From: an uncultured delta proteobacterium
Lineage (GTDB): Bacteria; Myxococcota_A; Polyangia; Palsa-1104
DNA: 64,000 nt
Direction of reading: 5' to 3'
Assembly (NCBI GenBank): GCA_963785725.1
Contig: CAWAWS010000005.1
Span: 64,001-128,000, forward strand
Part shown: positions 15,360-26,541 of the stretch, piece after piece
Layout of the letters: every line of letters begins with the position of its first letter
Position numbering within the stretch: position 1 is the stretch's first letter
The notes under the pieces: generated by a model
Told to the model about the DNA's origin: nothing
The model's input: the letters and a program-made list of their open reading frames with translations, nothing else
The model's database searches: none
Translations under genes and position numbers: made by a program

Positions 15360-16069
15360 TCGCTGACGGTCATGCGGCAGGCGGCGCGATGAGGCGCGCC
15401 ACCAACTGCAGCGCGCTTGCGCTTTCGCAAACGTGATCATCGTCGATGCTGCGGAGGTCGGGCGCTCGGGAACGACCCACGCTTCGCGCGGCTCTCGATG
15501 TTGCGACGCCGGCCGGTGGCGCGGTCTCTCATGCAGGTAACGGCATACTGTCGCCGCCCGAACCCGGCCAGTCGGGAAACGGCGCCATGGACGACTTCGG
15601 CAGCCAGCACTTCACGTGGCACGCCGTCCTCGCGGATGGCGCCAGCTCCAATCCGACCCCGACTCCCACGCCCACCGGCGGCTACGGCTACTACGCTTCG
15701 CAGGCGCAGCCGCAGCCTCGTAGCCGGCCTGCGCGCACCTCGACGACGTGAACCGCTTGGGCACGCGCTGGGCGCGACTCGTGCCCAAGCTGCGGCGGCT
15801 GTGCGGCTCGCTGAGCCTGTCGCCGTTCGGTTCGATGCTAGGCGGGCCTGAGCAACCTCTTGGAGCGAAAGTCGTCTCCCGATCGTCATCGTCGCTGCCA
15901 GCGTCAATGGGATCTACCGCCGCACCGACGCGGTAAAGCGCACTCTGCCGGGATGCGCGGTCGCGGAGTCAGCCACAAGTGTCACGGCTGCGGTCCGATC
16001 ACATTGGCGCCAGATGTCCGACGGCTTTTTGCTCTGGCGGACCTACCTTACGGTTCAGGTGGTGAGGCG

Positions 16070-16522
16070 ATGATACCAGACCAAATCAGGAACTATCTCG
16101 AGGACAGCGGCGTGCCCTTTCGTGAGGCGACACATCCGTGCCGCATGACCGCGCAGCGTACCGCCGAGGCCGCGCGCATCTCGGGCAAGCGGTTCGGCAA
16201 GACAGTCGTGCTGCGCCAGGGCGATCGATACGTCATGGCGGTCGTGCCCGCCAACGAGCGGGTCGACCTTGCCGCCATGCGCGACCTGTTCGGCGCCGGT
16301 CTCAACCTCGTGGGCGAGCAGGAGCTGGCGCAACTGTTCCCCGACTGCGAGGTGGGAGCGATGCCGCCCTTCGGTGGGCTCTATGGGTTGCCGGTGATCG
16401 CGGACGCGTGCTTGGCGCGACAAGATACCGTTGCCATCAACGGCGGCACGCATACCGACATGATCGAGCTGCGCTGGGACGACTTCGTGCAAGCCGAACA
16501 TCCGCGCATCGTCGGCCATTGA
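16070..16522 (+). CDS. YbaK/EbsC-family aminoacyl-tRNA deacylase domain protein
   Basis: KTVVL, FPDCEVGAMPPFG, NGGTH. Confidence 0.85.
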   Translation: MIPDQIRNYLEDSGVPFREATHPCRMTAQRTAEAARISGKRFGKTVVLRQGDRYVMAVVPANERVDLAAMRDLFGAGLNLVGEQELAQLFPDCEVGAMPPFGGLYGLPVIADACLARQDTVAINGGTHTDMIELRWDDFVQAEHPRIVGH

Positions 16523-16819
16523 TCGCGCCGCCCGGTCGGCGCTGAGGACGCGGCCCGGCCATTCCGATCGGACCCGATCGACGGCGGCTGGCAGCCAATG
16601 AAGAGATGGACCCATCATCTCGTCGGCGTCTTTATCGCCGAATTGCGTCTGCCGCGGCTGTCACTGCGGGGAACGCGTGGCGCGAGGATGCGCGGCTCGC
16701 GCCTCACGCGCCGGTGGTCCCGCGAGCGAGCTCTTCGTCGGGCACGATGTTGCGCGTCGCGCCGCACGTGCGTCCGCGCCGCGCGGAGCTACCTTGCAGC
16801 TTAGAAACGGAGGTTGGCG

Positions 16820-17170
16820 ATGGTTCGTGGGCTCTCTCTGCTGCTGGCCGCTGGCCTCGTGATCTTGTGGGCCGCCGGCCTCGACAATCATGCGACCGTC
16901 TGGTTGACGTGGCTCGCCGGCTTCGGCGCGCTCGCCGGCTTCATGATCGCCGCCGGTCCGGGTGTCGGGCCCGGCCACGCGGTCAAGCCGGGCGCCTTGG
17001 TCGCGCTGGCGCTGGGTCTGACCGCGCTCGCGACCATCGGCTTCGCGCGCCACGCCGAGCTGTGGCTCAACGCGTGCGTTCTGTTCGTCGGCTGCGGATT
17101 CCTCTTCGTCGGCGCCGCCGGCAGCCTCTCGGGCAAGGCGATCACGCGCACGCGGATGCGCCCGGCGTGA
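16820..17170 (+). CDS. Small 4-TM membrane protein
   Basis: Hydrophobic ORF preceded by GGAGG. Confidence 0.6.
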   Translation: MVRGLSLLLAAGLVILWAAGLDNHATVWLTWLAGFGALAGFMIAAGPGVGPGHAVKPGALVALALGLTALATIGFARHAELWLNACVLFVGCGFLFVGAAGSLSGKAITRTRMRPA

Positions 17171-17172
17171 GG

Positions 17173-17463
17173 TTACTTGCGGGCGGCTCGTTTCAGAGTG
17201 GAGACGATCAACCCTAGATACCGGCGCACCTGCTCACGATCACTCTCCTTCTCGGCCTCGCTCAGGTCGTCATATGCCGTCGAGATCTGCGTCTCCCACC
17301 GCTCGACCAGCTTTGCGGGCAAAATGAGTGAGCCATCGGGCTGACGACTGCCTTTTTCATGCACGTGACGCTGCCAGTGCGACCAGCGAACATGTTCGAT
17401 GGCTGCCAGCTCTTCAAGCAAGCCGCTCAGCACACGGTCCACATCATCCGGCTCCATCGTCAT
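17173..17463 (-). CDS. Small stand-alone RyR-domain-like protein
   Basis: EELAAIEHVRW...YDDLSEAEKESDR; strong AGGAGG RBS. Confidence 0.6.
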   Translation of the reverse strand: MTMEPDDVDRVLSGLLEELAAIEHVRWSHWQRHVHEKGSRQPDGSLILPAKLVERWETQISTAYDDLSEAEKESDREQVRRYLGLIVSTLKRAARK

Positions 17464-17846
17464 CCCCTCCTTTATCATCGCGAAGCTCGGAGCCGCCCCC
17501 GAATCGTTTGCCGCACTCTCGCAGTTGCGGGCCAAGTAGCCAGCCGCCACTTCCAATGGTGCAGTCGCTCCGACTGGTAAGTCGCGTGCATTCGCCCAGA
17601 CGCGTCTCGTCGAACCTGGTAAGCAGTCGAGAATGCCCAATTGGCGGCAGAATAGCCGCGATATAGATCGTGATCATATTGGCGAAAAGTCGCGCAGTGT
17701 CCTAAATGCAAGGCGTTAGGTCAGTCGCTGCTTCAGTCACACCCGCGCGGCGTGCTCAAAAGACCGGATAGCCTTACGGGGTCGAGAAAGGCTCAGATTT
17801 CCTTTTCCATTGCCCGAATAGGGGCGAGCTCACGCGGAGTACGACG

Positions 17847-19400
17847 CTACGTGATCGGCGGGTTGCCCGGCGGAATCGTGTCGGGCACCACGCACGACGA
17901 GAGATCGAAGAGCATGAACTCGAGCGCCTTCTCCTGCGCCGACAGATCGCCCGAGGCGCAGCCATCGGGCGGCGGCGGCGAGTCGAGCGTCGCCGGATCG
18001 CCCGACACGTGCAGGTCGCTGAACACCGCCCGACCGCAGTAGTTGGGCGTGCCGGCGTCGGTGACCTGCGCGTTGACGGGCGTGTCGAACGACAGATACA
18101 TCGTCGCGCCCGACTGGCCCGTCGAGTCCGACGTAATCCACGGCTGCGACGCCTTGTTCGACGCCGAGACGATCGCGTTGTAGCGCGGCGAGTAGATCGA
18201 GACTTCGCCCGCTTTCACGCCGTTCTGCCCGAGCGCGCCCACATTCGTCATCCACTTCTGCAGCGAGACGCCTTTCGGGAACGACTGCGTCGAGCCGTTG
18301 AGCGTCGTGTCGATGATGCCACCGATGGGCCCGTCGTCTTCGCTGCTGTCGTCCGACCACGTGGCCAGGTTGCTGCCCCAATCTGCCGGCGCCGTGTAGC
18401 TCTGCCCGGACGATATGGCGCCGGAGAACCACGCGTAGTGGTAGTGCGAGCCGAACGCTCGCCCACCCGCGTTCAAGTACGCCTCGAGCGCTTGCGGGTT
18501 GGCGTTGAAGGTCTCGCCGCCCTCGCACGAGAGCAGCACGATGTCGTACGGCATCAACTGAGCTTGCGTCGACCACAGGTTCGTATCGCTCTCCGGCGCG
18601 CCGGTCATCGACGGGAACTCGGGCGCCCCGCCGGCGCTGAGGCCGGTCGGGTCGCCGCCCGAGAAGACGTGCACGTGACCGCCGCTGGCGTTGCCGGCGA
18701 CGTACTCGGTCGTCGGCAGGCCGATGCGCCGCATCAGGCACTCGAGCGTGTCGGCCGAGCCGGTCGAGACGGCGATGTGCGGCATGCTGCTGGTGATGTC
18801 CCCGGGGGCGATGCTGCTGGGGAAGGCGAGTGACTTATCGGGCTGCGGGTTGTCCTGGCACGACGTGACGTTGATGGTGTACTGGCGGCGCCACTTGCCG
18901 ATCTGGATGACGAGCGGGACCGCCGAGCCGGCGGGCGCGTTCGTGAGCGTGAAGGTGCCGTCCTCGGCCGTCGACGTGACGACCACGGCGCCACTCTGGA
19001 AGAGCGCCGCGCACGAGCAAGCGTCGGCGCCGGTGGGCACGCCCTCCGGCAGCGCCACCAGCGGGCTCGCGGGAACATAGACCGAGACGTTGTAGAGCGG
19101 ATTCTTGGCGGCCGGATCGTAGACCTTGCCGGAGATCGTCGTCGTGCCGTTGTTGCTGCACGACACGTTGCACGTCAACCCGGTCGGGCACGCGATCCCG
19201 CCGCCGCCGCCGGCGGAACCGCCGCCGCCGCCGCCGGCGCTGCCGCCACCACCGCTGCTGCTACCGCCACCGCCGCTGCTACCGTTGCCACCGACGCCGG
19301 CGCCGGCGTCCATGCCGCTACTGGTTTGGCCGTGGCGGATTCCCGTACTGCTACAGCCGACAACGAGTGCGAGAGAAAGAAATCGGGCGCGCATCAGCAT
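17847..19400 (-). CDS. Myxobacterial Cys-rich lipoprotein with carboxypeptidase-regulatory-like domain
   Basis: Lipobox LVVGC, Gly linker, ISGKVYDP, LVIQIGKWRR, EKALEFMLFDLSSC. Confidence 0.75.
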   Translation of the reverse strand: MLMRARFLSLALVVGCSSTGIRHGQTSSGMDAGAGVGGNGSSGGGGSSSGGGGSAGGGGGGSAGGGGGIACPTGLTCNVSCSNNGTTTISGKVYDPAAKNPLYNVSVYVPASPLVALPEGVPTGADACSCAALFQSGAVVVTSTAEDGTFTLTNAPAGSAVPLVIQIGKWRRQYTINVTSCQDNPQPDKSLAFPSSIAPGDITSSMPHIAVSTGSADTLECLMRRIGLPTTEYVAGNASGGHVHVFSGGDPTGLSAGGAPEFPSMTGAPESDTNLWSTQAQLMPYDIVLLSCEGGETFNANPQALEAYLNAGGRAFGSHYHYAWFSGAISSGQSYTAPADWGSNLATWSDDSSEDDGPIGGIIDTTLNGSTQSFPKGVSLQKWMTNVGALGQNGVKAGEVSIYSPRYNAIVSASNKASQPWITSDSTGQSGATMYLSFDTPVNAQVTDAGTPNYCGRAVFSDLHVSGDPATLDSPPPPDGCASGDLSAQEKALEFMLFDLSSCVVPDTIPPGNPPIT

Positions 19401-19431
19401 GGCTAGTCTCCGCTATTGGCGGCGCCGAGCC

Positions 19432-19447
19432 AGCAAGCCGCGATCCA
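19432..19447 (-). promoter_or_regulatory. Putative sigma54 promoter
   Basis: TGGATCG-CGGC-TTGCT, about 30 bp upstream of the lipoprotein start. Confidence 0.6.
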
Positions 19448-19565
19448 TTACCTATGAAAATCCGCGCAACGCTCATCTCCTTGGACTGCAAGACAGACTT
19501 TCGTGTGCAACTTCAAAGCGACTGCGCCGAAGCTCGAGTCGCCGTCGCGTTACACCCCAAACGCG

Positions 19566-19603
19566 GGGGTCGAGTGACCCCAAAGGCAGGGTCGAGTGAC
19601 CCC
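19566..19603. repeat. Tandem palindromic direct repeat (candidate enhancer)
   Basis: GGGTCGAGTGACCCC at 19567 and 19589 (22-bp period); each copy is GGGTC-N4-GACCC. Confidence 0.65.
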
Positions 19604-19840
19604 GCCTCGGCTGCAAACGCGGACGCAAATGGCTGCTAGAGGCGTTCATGGGTACATTGAAAAGAGACCTCGCCAGCGACAAGTTGTCGCACGTCGATGA
19701 GCTAGCTGATCAACCCGACTAGGCGACCAGAAACAAACAGCTCGGTGCCTCCCGAGCGAGAATGATGATCGGGTTTGGGCGAGTGATACGGAGAACGCGA
19801 CGGCTCGCTGAAGTCGCGAGGATTCGACGTCGGTGACTGC

Positions 19841-20452
19841 TCAGGCAGCCTGACGCTGCCAGTGGCCCAACGTGTCGACATGATCGATCTCCAAGAGATC
19901 GGACGCATCGAGCTCGATCTCGGCGTCGGCCGGCGGCGCCGCGCATGGGCGCGGATCAACCATCATGACCGCCAGGGGCAGCACCGACTCGGTCTCGATG
20001 GACACGATCCCCGAGTCATCGAGGTCCAGCTCCAACTCCTCGACGCCCACGACGAGCTCTTCGTCGCCCGACAGCGCCGCGGCAGGCGGCCGCGTGGCCG
20101 CCGCGATCGGCGTGGCGATCGTCTCGGCGGCGACCGCCACCAGCTCGGGCGACGCGTGCTCGACCTCGTCGAAGTGATCGTTGGCGGCTGGCTTCCGGAG
20201 GTCGACGGTGATGGCCCGCGACCGAACCGTCCGTTCGTTGACCGGCGTGCCGGCCTGCCGGCGCGCAACATCCATGACGAGCGCGGCGAGCGGATCGCCG
20301 TTGGGCTCGACCAAAGACGCCTTGTCGCGCACTCGCGAGATGATGATCTGGATCGTCGTTTCTTCTTCGTAGCGGTCGTTCGCTGACACTGCCATGCGCA
20401 AGGTGTCCGAGATTGCCGCATCCAACTGCGCTAACTTGAGTCCGCCGTTCAT
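19841..20452 (-). CDS. Hypothetical acidic protein
   Basis: ORF with GGGAGG RBS and GC3 bias. Confidence 0.5.
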   Translation of the reverse strand: MNGGLKLAQLDAAISDTLRMAVSANDRYEEETTIQIIISRVRDKASLVEPNGDPLAALVMDVARRQAGTPVNERTVRSRAITVDLRKPAANDHFDEVEHASPELVAVAAETIATPIAAATRPPAAALSGDEELVVGVEELELDLDDSGIVSIETESVLPLAVMMVDPRPCAAPPADAEIELDASDLLEIDHVDTLGHWQRQAA

Positions 20453-20995
20453 TTCATGTCGCCTCCCACCTGTACCTTCGCTTACTAGCAAGACCTTGGC
20501 CAATCGTTATTGACCAATGATTCTCGGGCAGTTTGAAGCGCTAAGTCGCTCGCTGTCGCCAGTCTTGGCGCGTCAGCGACTTGACGCCGGAGACGCCGAC
20601 GCCCGCTATCTTCCCCCGACGATTCCGACCTGCGCGGCAGCGAACGGACCCGTTGCGGATGCGGCTGGTCCGGACAAGCGATCCCGTCAGACTCTTGACG
20701 CTGCCCTTCCGACGGCGAGCACGGCTATCACGGCGATGACGAACCGAAAAGCGCGCTCGTCACCGAGCTCCGGCGCTCGTCGAGCGATCGCAACGCGGGA
20801 TGGCGCAGGTCCCGAGATTGGCGCTCGCCGCGATCGAGGCCGGACTGGCTCGCAGCTCCGCGAATCAGGCCGAGCTTGATGGAGCCGCCGCCCGCCCTGC
20901 GGAAATGCCGTGACCTCACTCCGCAACTCTTGTAAGCGGTTTGTTGGTAAGCGTCGGCCAACCGCGGATGAGCCTCGGGCAAGGAGTCTCGCTTC

Positions 20996-21982
20996 ATGAT
21001 CAGGATGACGGCCCTCATCGGGCTCGTATTGAGCGCATGCACAGTTGGCTGCGCCACGACGGCCACCCCGTCGCGCGCCGCGACGACGACTCCACCGACG
21101 ACGACGACGCCGCCGCCGGCGGCCACGACGTCACCACCGGCCGCGCCCGCGCCGGCGGCTACGACACCGGGAGATGCCAAGGCGCTCCTGCACGCCGCTT
21201 TTACCGAGGTCGGCAAAGGCAATCTCGCGCAAGCGCGCGCGCTGCTCGATCAGGCGCGCCCGCTCGTCGGCGCGGATCGCGATCTCGAGCTCCGCTCGGT
21301 CAGCGTGGCGATCGCGGTCTTCAGCAATTTGGGCGACTACGAAGCGGCCGCCCGCTTCATCCTCGACGTCATCCGTCACCGCAACGGCGATCCGACCGAC
21401 GGGCAGCTGTTCACGCTGCACAACTGGATGGCCATCCTGCGTGAGGCGCAAGGCGATCTGCCGAGTGCCATTATCGAGTCTTCTGAACGCACGGCGATCG
21501 GCTACGAAGGAACGTGGGAGCCGGCTGCCGAGCGATTGCAGCAGGCGCGCTTCAAAGACGATTGGCACCGCGCTTATCTGTTTCGCATGTACGCCGAGCA
21601 GTTGAGCGGCACGGCGCGCGAGGCCGCGCTCTACGCCGCCGAGAATGCCCGCAGAGCTTACGTCGCGGCCGGCGGCTATCCCGATTCCGTCGCCGTGCTC
21701 GATGCGCTGTTCGCCATGTATGACCGGCGCTGGGACGACGTTCGCGTCGCGGTCAAGCGCGTCGACATCGCCAAAGACGACGACGAAGAGGACTTGTACC
21801 TGCTATTTAGCGCGCTCGATTCGACCGGCGATCACGCAGCGGCCGCCGCCATTCGCAAACATATCGAACAGAGTCCGCCGACGTGGGGAATGTGGCGCGG
21901 CTGGCTCAAGCATGACACGGACGGCACGCCGCCCGCGCAAAAGCGCTTCTCGCCGCGCTTTCCGCTCGGCAAGCGGCCTTAG
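20996..21982 (+). CDS. Lipoprotein with TPR-like helical domain
   Basis: Lipobox (LSAC/TVGC), Thr/Pro linker, helical repeats; AAGGAG RBS. Confidence 0.7.
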   Translation: MIRMTALIGLVLSACTVGCATTATPSRAATTTPPTTTTPPPAATTSPPAAPAPAATTPGDAKALLHAAFTEVGKGNLAQARALLDQARPLVGADRDLELRSVSVAIAVFSNLGDYEAAARFILDVIRHRNGDPTDGQLFTLHNWMAILREAQGDLPSAIIESSERTAIGYEGTWEPAAERLQQARFKDDWHRAYLFRMYAEQLSGTAREAALYAAENARRAYVAAGGYPDSVAVLDALFAMYDRRWDDVRVAVKRVDIAKDDDEEDLYLLFSALDSTGDHAAAAAIRKHIEQSPPTWGMWRGWLKHDTDGTPPAQKRFSPRFPLGKRP

Positions 21983-22045
21983 AACAAACCCGCAGTCGGC
22001 TGCGCGTGGCGGTCATGCCCCGCCATCAACGGCTCCGTTGGCGCT

Positions 22046-22612
22046 TTACCACTCGACGCGGATGGTGCCGGCCTTCCCATCATCGGTGATCTTGGTCGGG
22101 CTGACACTGCCGTTGACGCGACAGAGCCGGAGCATGTACTCGCACGACGTCTCGAATCCGATGAAGGCGGCGCGCTGGTTGCCTCCATGCGGGAACGTCG
22201 CCAGCAAGCTGCCTTTGCGTGGATCTTCCAACGTCCAGCGCAAGGCAATGCCGCGCAGCTGCGTGCGCGTCATGTCGCTGAAGCGCGACAGCAGCGTGTT
22301 GGGCGTCGCGCCGAACACGCGCAGCAGACCGCTGACGATCGGCATGAGCAGCGGGCCGATGGACGTCTCCTGCGCGCCCAGGCTCACCTGGCGGGCCGCC
22401 TCGATCCCGCACACCGCGTCGACAGCCACCAGCAGATCCTGAAGCACCATGCCGTCCATCCACGCCGCCGCAAGCGGGAGGGTTTCGAGCGCCTGGCGCG
22501 TCTGTGCGGGCAGCTTCGCTAGCACCTCGGGAAACGCGCTCAGCTTCTCCGCCTGCGACAGATGGGCACGCACGGTCCAGCATTTGAGCTCGTAGCTACC
22601 CCGACTCGCCAT
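22046..22612 (-). CDS. Hypothetical myxobacterial protein (possible V4R/HNOB-like fold)
   Basis: GC3-biased ORF; fold guess only. Confidence 0.5.
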   Translation of the reverse strand: MASRGSYELKCWTVRAHLSQAEKLSAFPEVLAKLPAQTRQALETLPLAAAWMDGMVLQDLLVAVDAVCGIEAARQVSLGAQETSIGPLLMPIVSGLLRVFGATPNTLLSRFSDMTRTQLRGIALRWTLEDPRKGSLLATFPHGGNQRAAFIGFETSCEYMLRLCRVNGSVSPTKITDDGKAGTIRVEW

Positions 22613-22854
22613 ATCGCCCGACTCACCCCTGATGGTCTTCGACTATATGGTATTCGACCGCGCCACCGAAACTCAAGGCAATGCTGCGCGCGCACCGCCT
22701 CGCGGTCGTCGCATCGGGGTGTCGAGCTGTTTTATGGAGAGGCGCAGCTCGCCATTGGGAAGAGCGAGCGAATCGCACGCGGGCGCTGGCTCGATGCGCT
22801 CGGGTGAGGCTCAGCCGCTTCGCTTGGCCGGGCGGAGACGCGCGCAGACCGACC

Positions 22855-24450
22855 TCAGTACGCGCTTTCGAAGACGCGATAGCGCCGCTCGAGCTCCCAT
22901 TGCGCCTGCGCGCGCGCGCTCGCGGACAAGTAAGCCGCGCAGGCCGCGGTCGGCGTCGTCGTGCTCGATTTGTCGGTCGCGTCCGCGCAAGCGGGCACGA
23001 CAGAGAGCGACGCGAAGTCGGCAAACAAGCTCGGGCCGGGCAGGAAGCTGTACTCGAGGCTGTTGCGCGACAGCTCCTTCAGGTCGAGGTAGCCGAGCTT
23101 CTGGTCGGTCACCGCGCGGACGTACTCGCCCGCCATGCTCGAGCGCGAGACCCCTTGATCGTCGGTCGCGAGCGCGACGGGCACGCCCGCCGCCCGGTAC
23201 TGCGCGAGCGGGTGCGCCGTCCCCGAGACGAGGAGAATCTGCGCGTTGCTCGACAAGCATATTTCGACGAGGATCTTTTTGTCGGCCAGCTCGGTCAACA
23301 CCGTCGCGCCGGCCGACTCTTGCGCGATGTCGACGCCGTGCCCGATGCGTTCGGCGCCGGCGATCTCCACCGCCTTCTGCACGTGATCGACGACCGGGAT
23401 CGTGTAGCCCGAAGGCAGGTACTGAGCGGCGAGCTCGCCGGCGTGCAAGGCCAGACGAAGTGGGCTCTGCCCCGCGTACACGCTCGTCAGGTACTGCAGC
23501 ATCGACATCTGCAGGTCGTAATTCTGGAGCGCGGCGGTGCCGTCCTCCGGTCCCACGAGGTTCAGCGCGACGAGGCGCGGCTCGACCTTCGCCGCCTCGT
23601 ACGCGGCCACCATCTGGGCGAAGACCGCCGGCGCCGCACCGCTGCGCGAGATGTAGACCTGGTAGCGCGTGGCGATGCCGCAGGCGGGCGGCGGGCTCGC
23701 GCCGCTGCAGCCGAGCATGGACTTGGCCCCGCTCTCGGTCGTGGCGATGTCGGTCGTGATGGCGCTGACCGCGGACGCCCAGCTGGACGATGCCAGCAGC
23801 GTCGAGCGGAAGGCGTCGAAGTCGGACGCGGTCATGGTGGCGGTGCCGTTTGCCGTCGACCAGGCGCTGGTGCCGAGGTCCGACGCGGTGGAGTCCGAGG
23901 TGAGCATCGCCTCGATGTAGACCTCGTTCTCGTTCGCGCCGCGCGTGAGCACGTCGGCCAGACCCGCGGCATGATGCGCGGTCCCCGACATCGCACCATA
24001 CAAGCCGAAGGTGGAGAAGAAGTGATCGTGACCGCTCTCCGTCGGTGTCGCGACGAAGTTCAGCATCGACATCGCCTCGACGATCTGCGTGTACAGCGGA
24101 TCGGTCGTGGCCGGGATGGGGACGTCGTCGGCGTAAGCGCACGAGCTGTCGATGGCGAGGTAATAACTGCCGGCGGTGGTCTCGATACAGTCGTTCACGG
24201 CGGCGGCCCAGTCGAGGTAGGTCTCGGCGTAGACGGCGCCCGAAAGGTGGTGATGCAGGTCGCCGCCCTTCGGCATCGACGTGAGGAAGGCGCCGAGCTG
24301 CGTCGGATCGCCTTCGATCGAGGTCAGGTGCGCGGCGGTGGCCTGCTCGTGCGTGGGGCCGCCGGTGTTGCCGCTGCCGCCGCACGCGATAAAGAGGGAC
24401 GCAGCGATCGGGCAGAGACGAATCAGCTTCGGAAGCGAACGAACGCGCAT
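22855..24450 (-). CDS. Adenosine deaminase family lipoprotein
   Basis: MPKGGDLHHHLSG, ALHAGE, ERIGHG, EICLSSN, ATDDQG; lipobox FIAC. Confidence 0.88.
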   Translation of the reverse strand: MRVRSLPKLIRLCPIAASLFIACGGSGNTGGPTHEQATAAHLTSIEGDPTQLGAFLTSMPKGGDLHHHLSGAVYAETYLDWAAAVNDCIETTAGSYYLAIDSSCAYADDVPIPATTDPLYTQIVEAMSMLNFVATPTESGHDHFFSTFGLYGAMSGTAHHAAGLADVLTRGANENEVYIEAMLTSDSTASDLGTSAWSTANGTATMTASDFDAFRSTLLASSSWASAVSAITTDIATTESGAKSMLGCSGASPPPACGIATRYQVYISRSGAAPAVFAQMVAAYEAAKVEPRLVALNLVGPEDGTAALQNYDLQMSMLQYLTSVYAGQSPLRLALHAGELAAQYLPSGYTIPVVDHVQKAVEIAGAERIGHGVDIAQESAGATVLTELADKKILVEICLSSNAQILLVSGTAHPLAQYRAAGVPVALATDDQGVSRSSMAGEYVRAVTDQKLGYLDLKELSRNSLEYSFLPGPSLFADFASLSVVPACADATDKSSTTTPTAACAAYLSASARAQAQWELERRYRVFESAY

Positions 24451-24678
24451 GGTGCCTCGGGGACGAATGCCCGCGTTGCCGCAGGCACTGACCAGGTCAA
24501 CGTGGAGAAAGCCCTGCGCGACGATCGCTTCGTCGCGCGTGAATGTTCAGCAACACGCTCGTGGATGCCGCAACGGGCAAGCGGCCTTCACGGATTCTGC
24601 GGTCGCGCGCCTCGAGGACCGCGGCCGCAGCCACGCCACGCGATTGACCGCGGTGCGGCGGCCGTGGTTTGGTGCACC

Positions 24679-26390
<1,712 letters not shown>

Positions 26391-26512
26391 ACGAGACACA
26401 CTGCGCCCTCCCGAGCCGGCGGCCGCTCGCCTCGTCGCGTAAAGTCGCTGGGGCAGCCGCCGGTTCGTGGATGGCGCGGCTACACACCGCTCACGAGACA
26501 CGGGGATCCGCG

Positions 26513-26528
26513 TGGCGCCGCGTTTGCA
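26513..26528 (+). promoter_or_regulatory. sigma54 promoter
   Basis: TGGCGCC-GCGT-TTGCA. Confidence 0.7.
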
Positions 26529-26541
26529 TTTGGCCGCGGAC

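Noticed and set aside
21983..22045. Three small hairpins between convergent genes as an ncRNA or tRNA
   Set aside because: There is no acceptor stem or T-loop; they are probably terminator-like structure.
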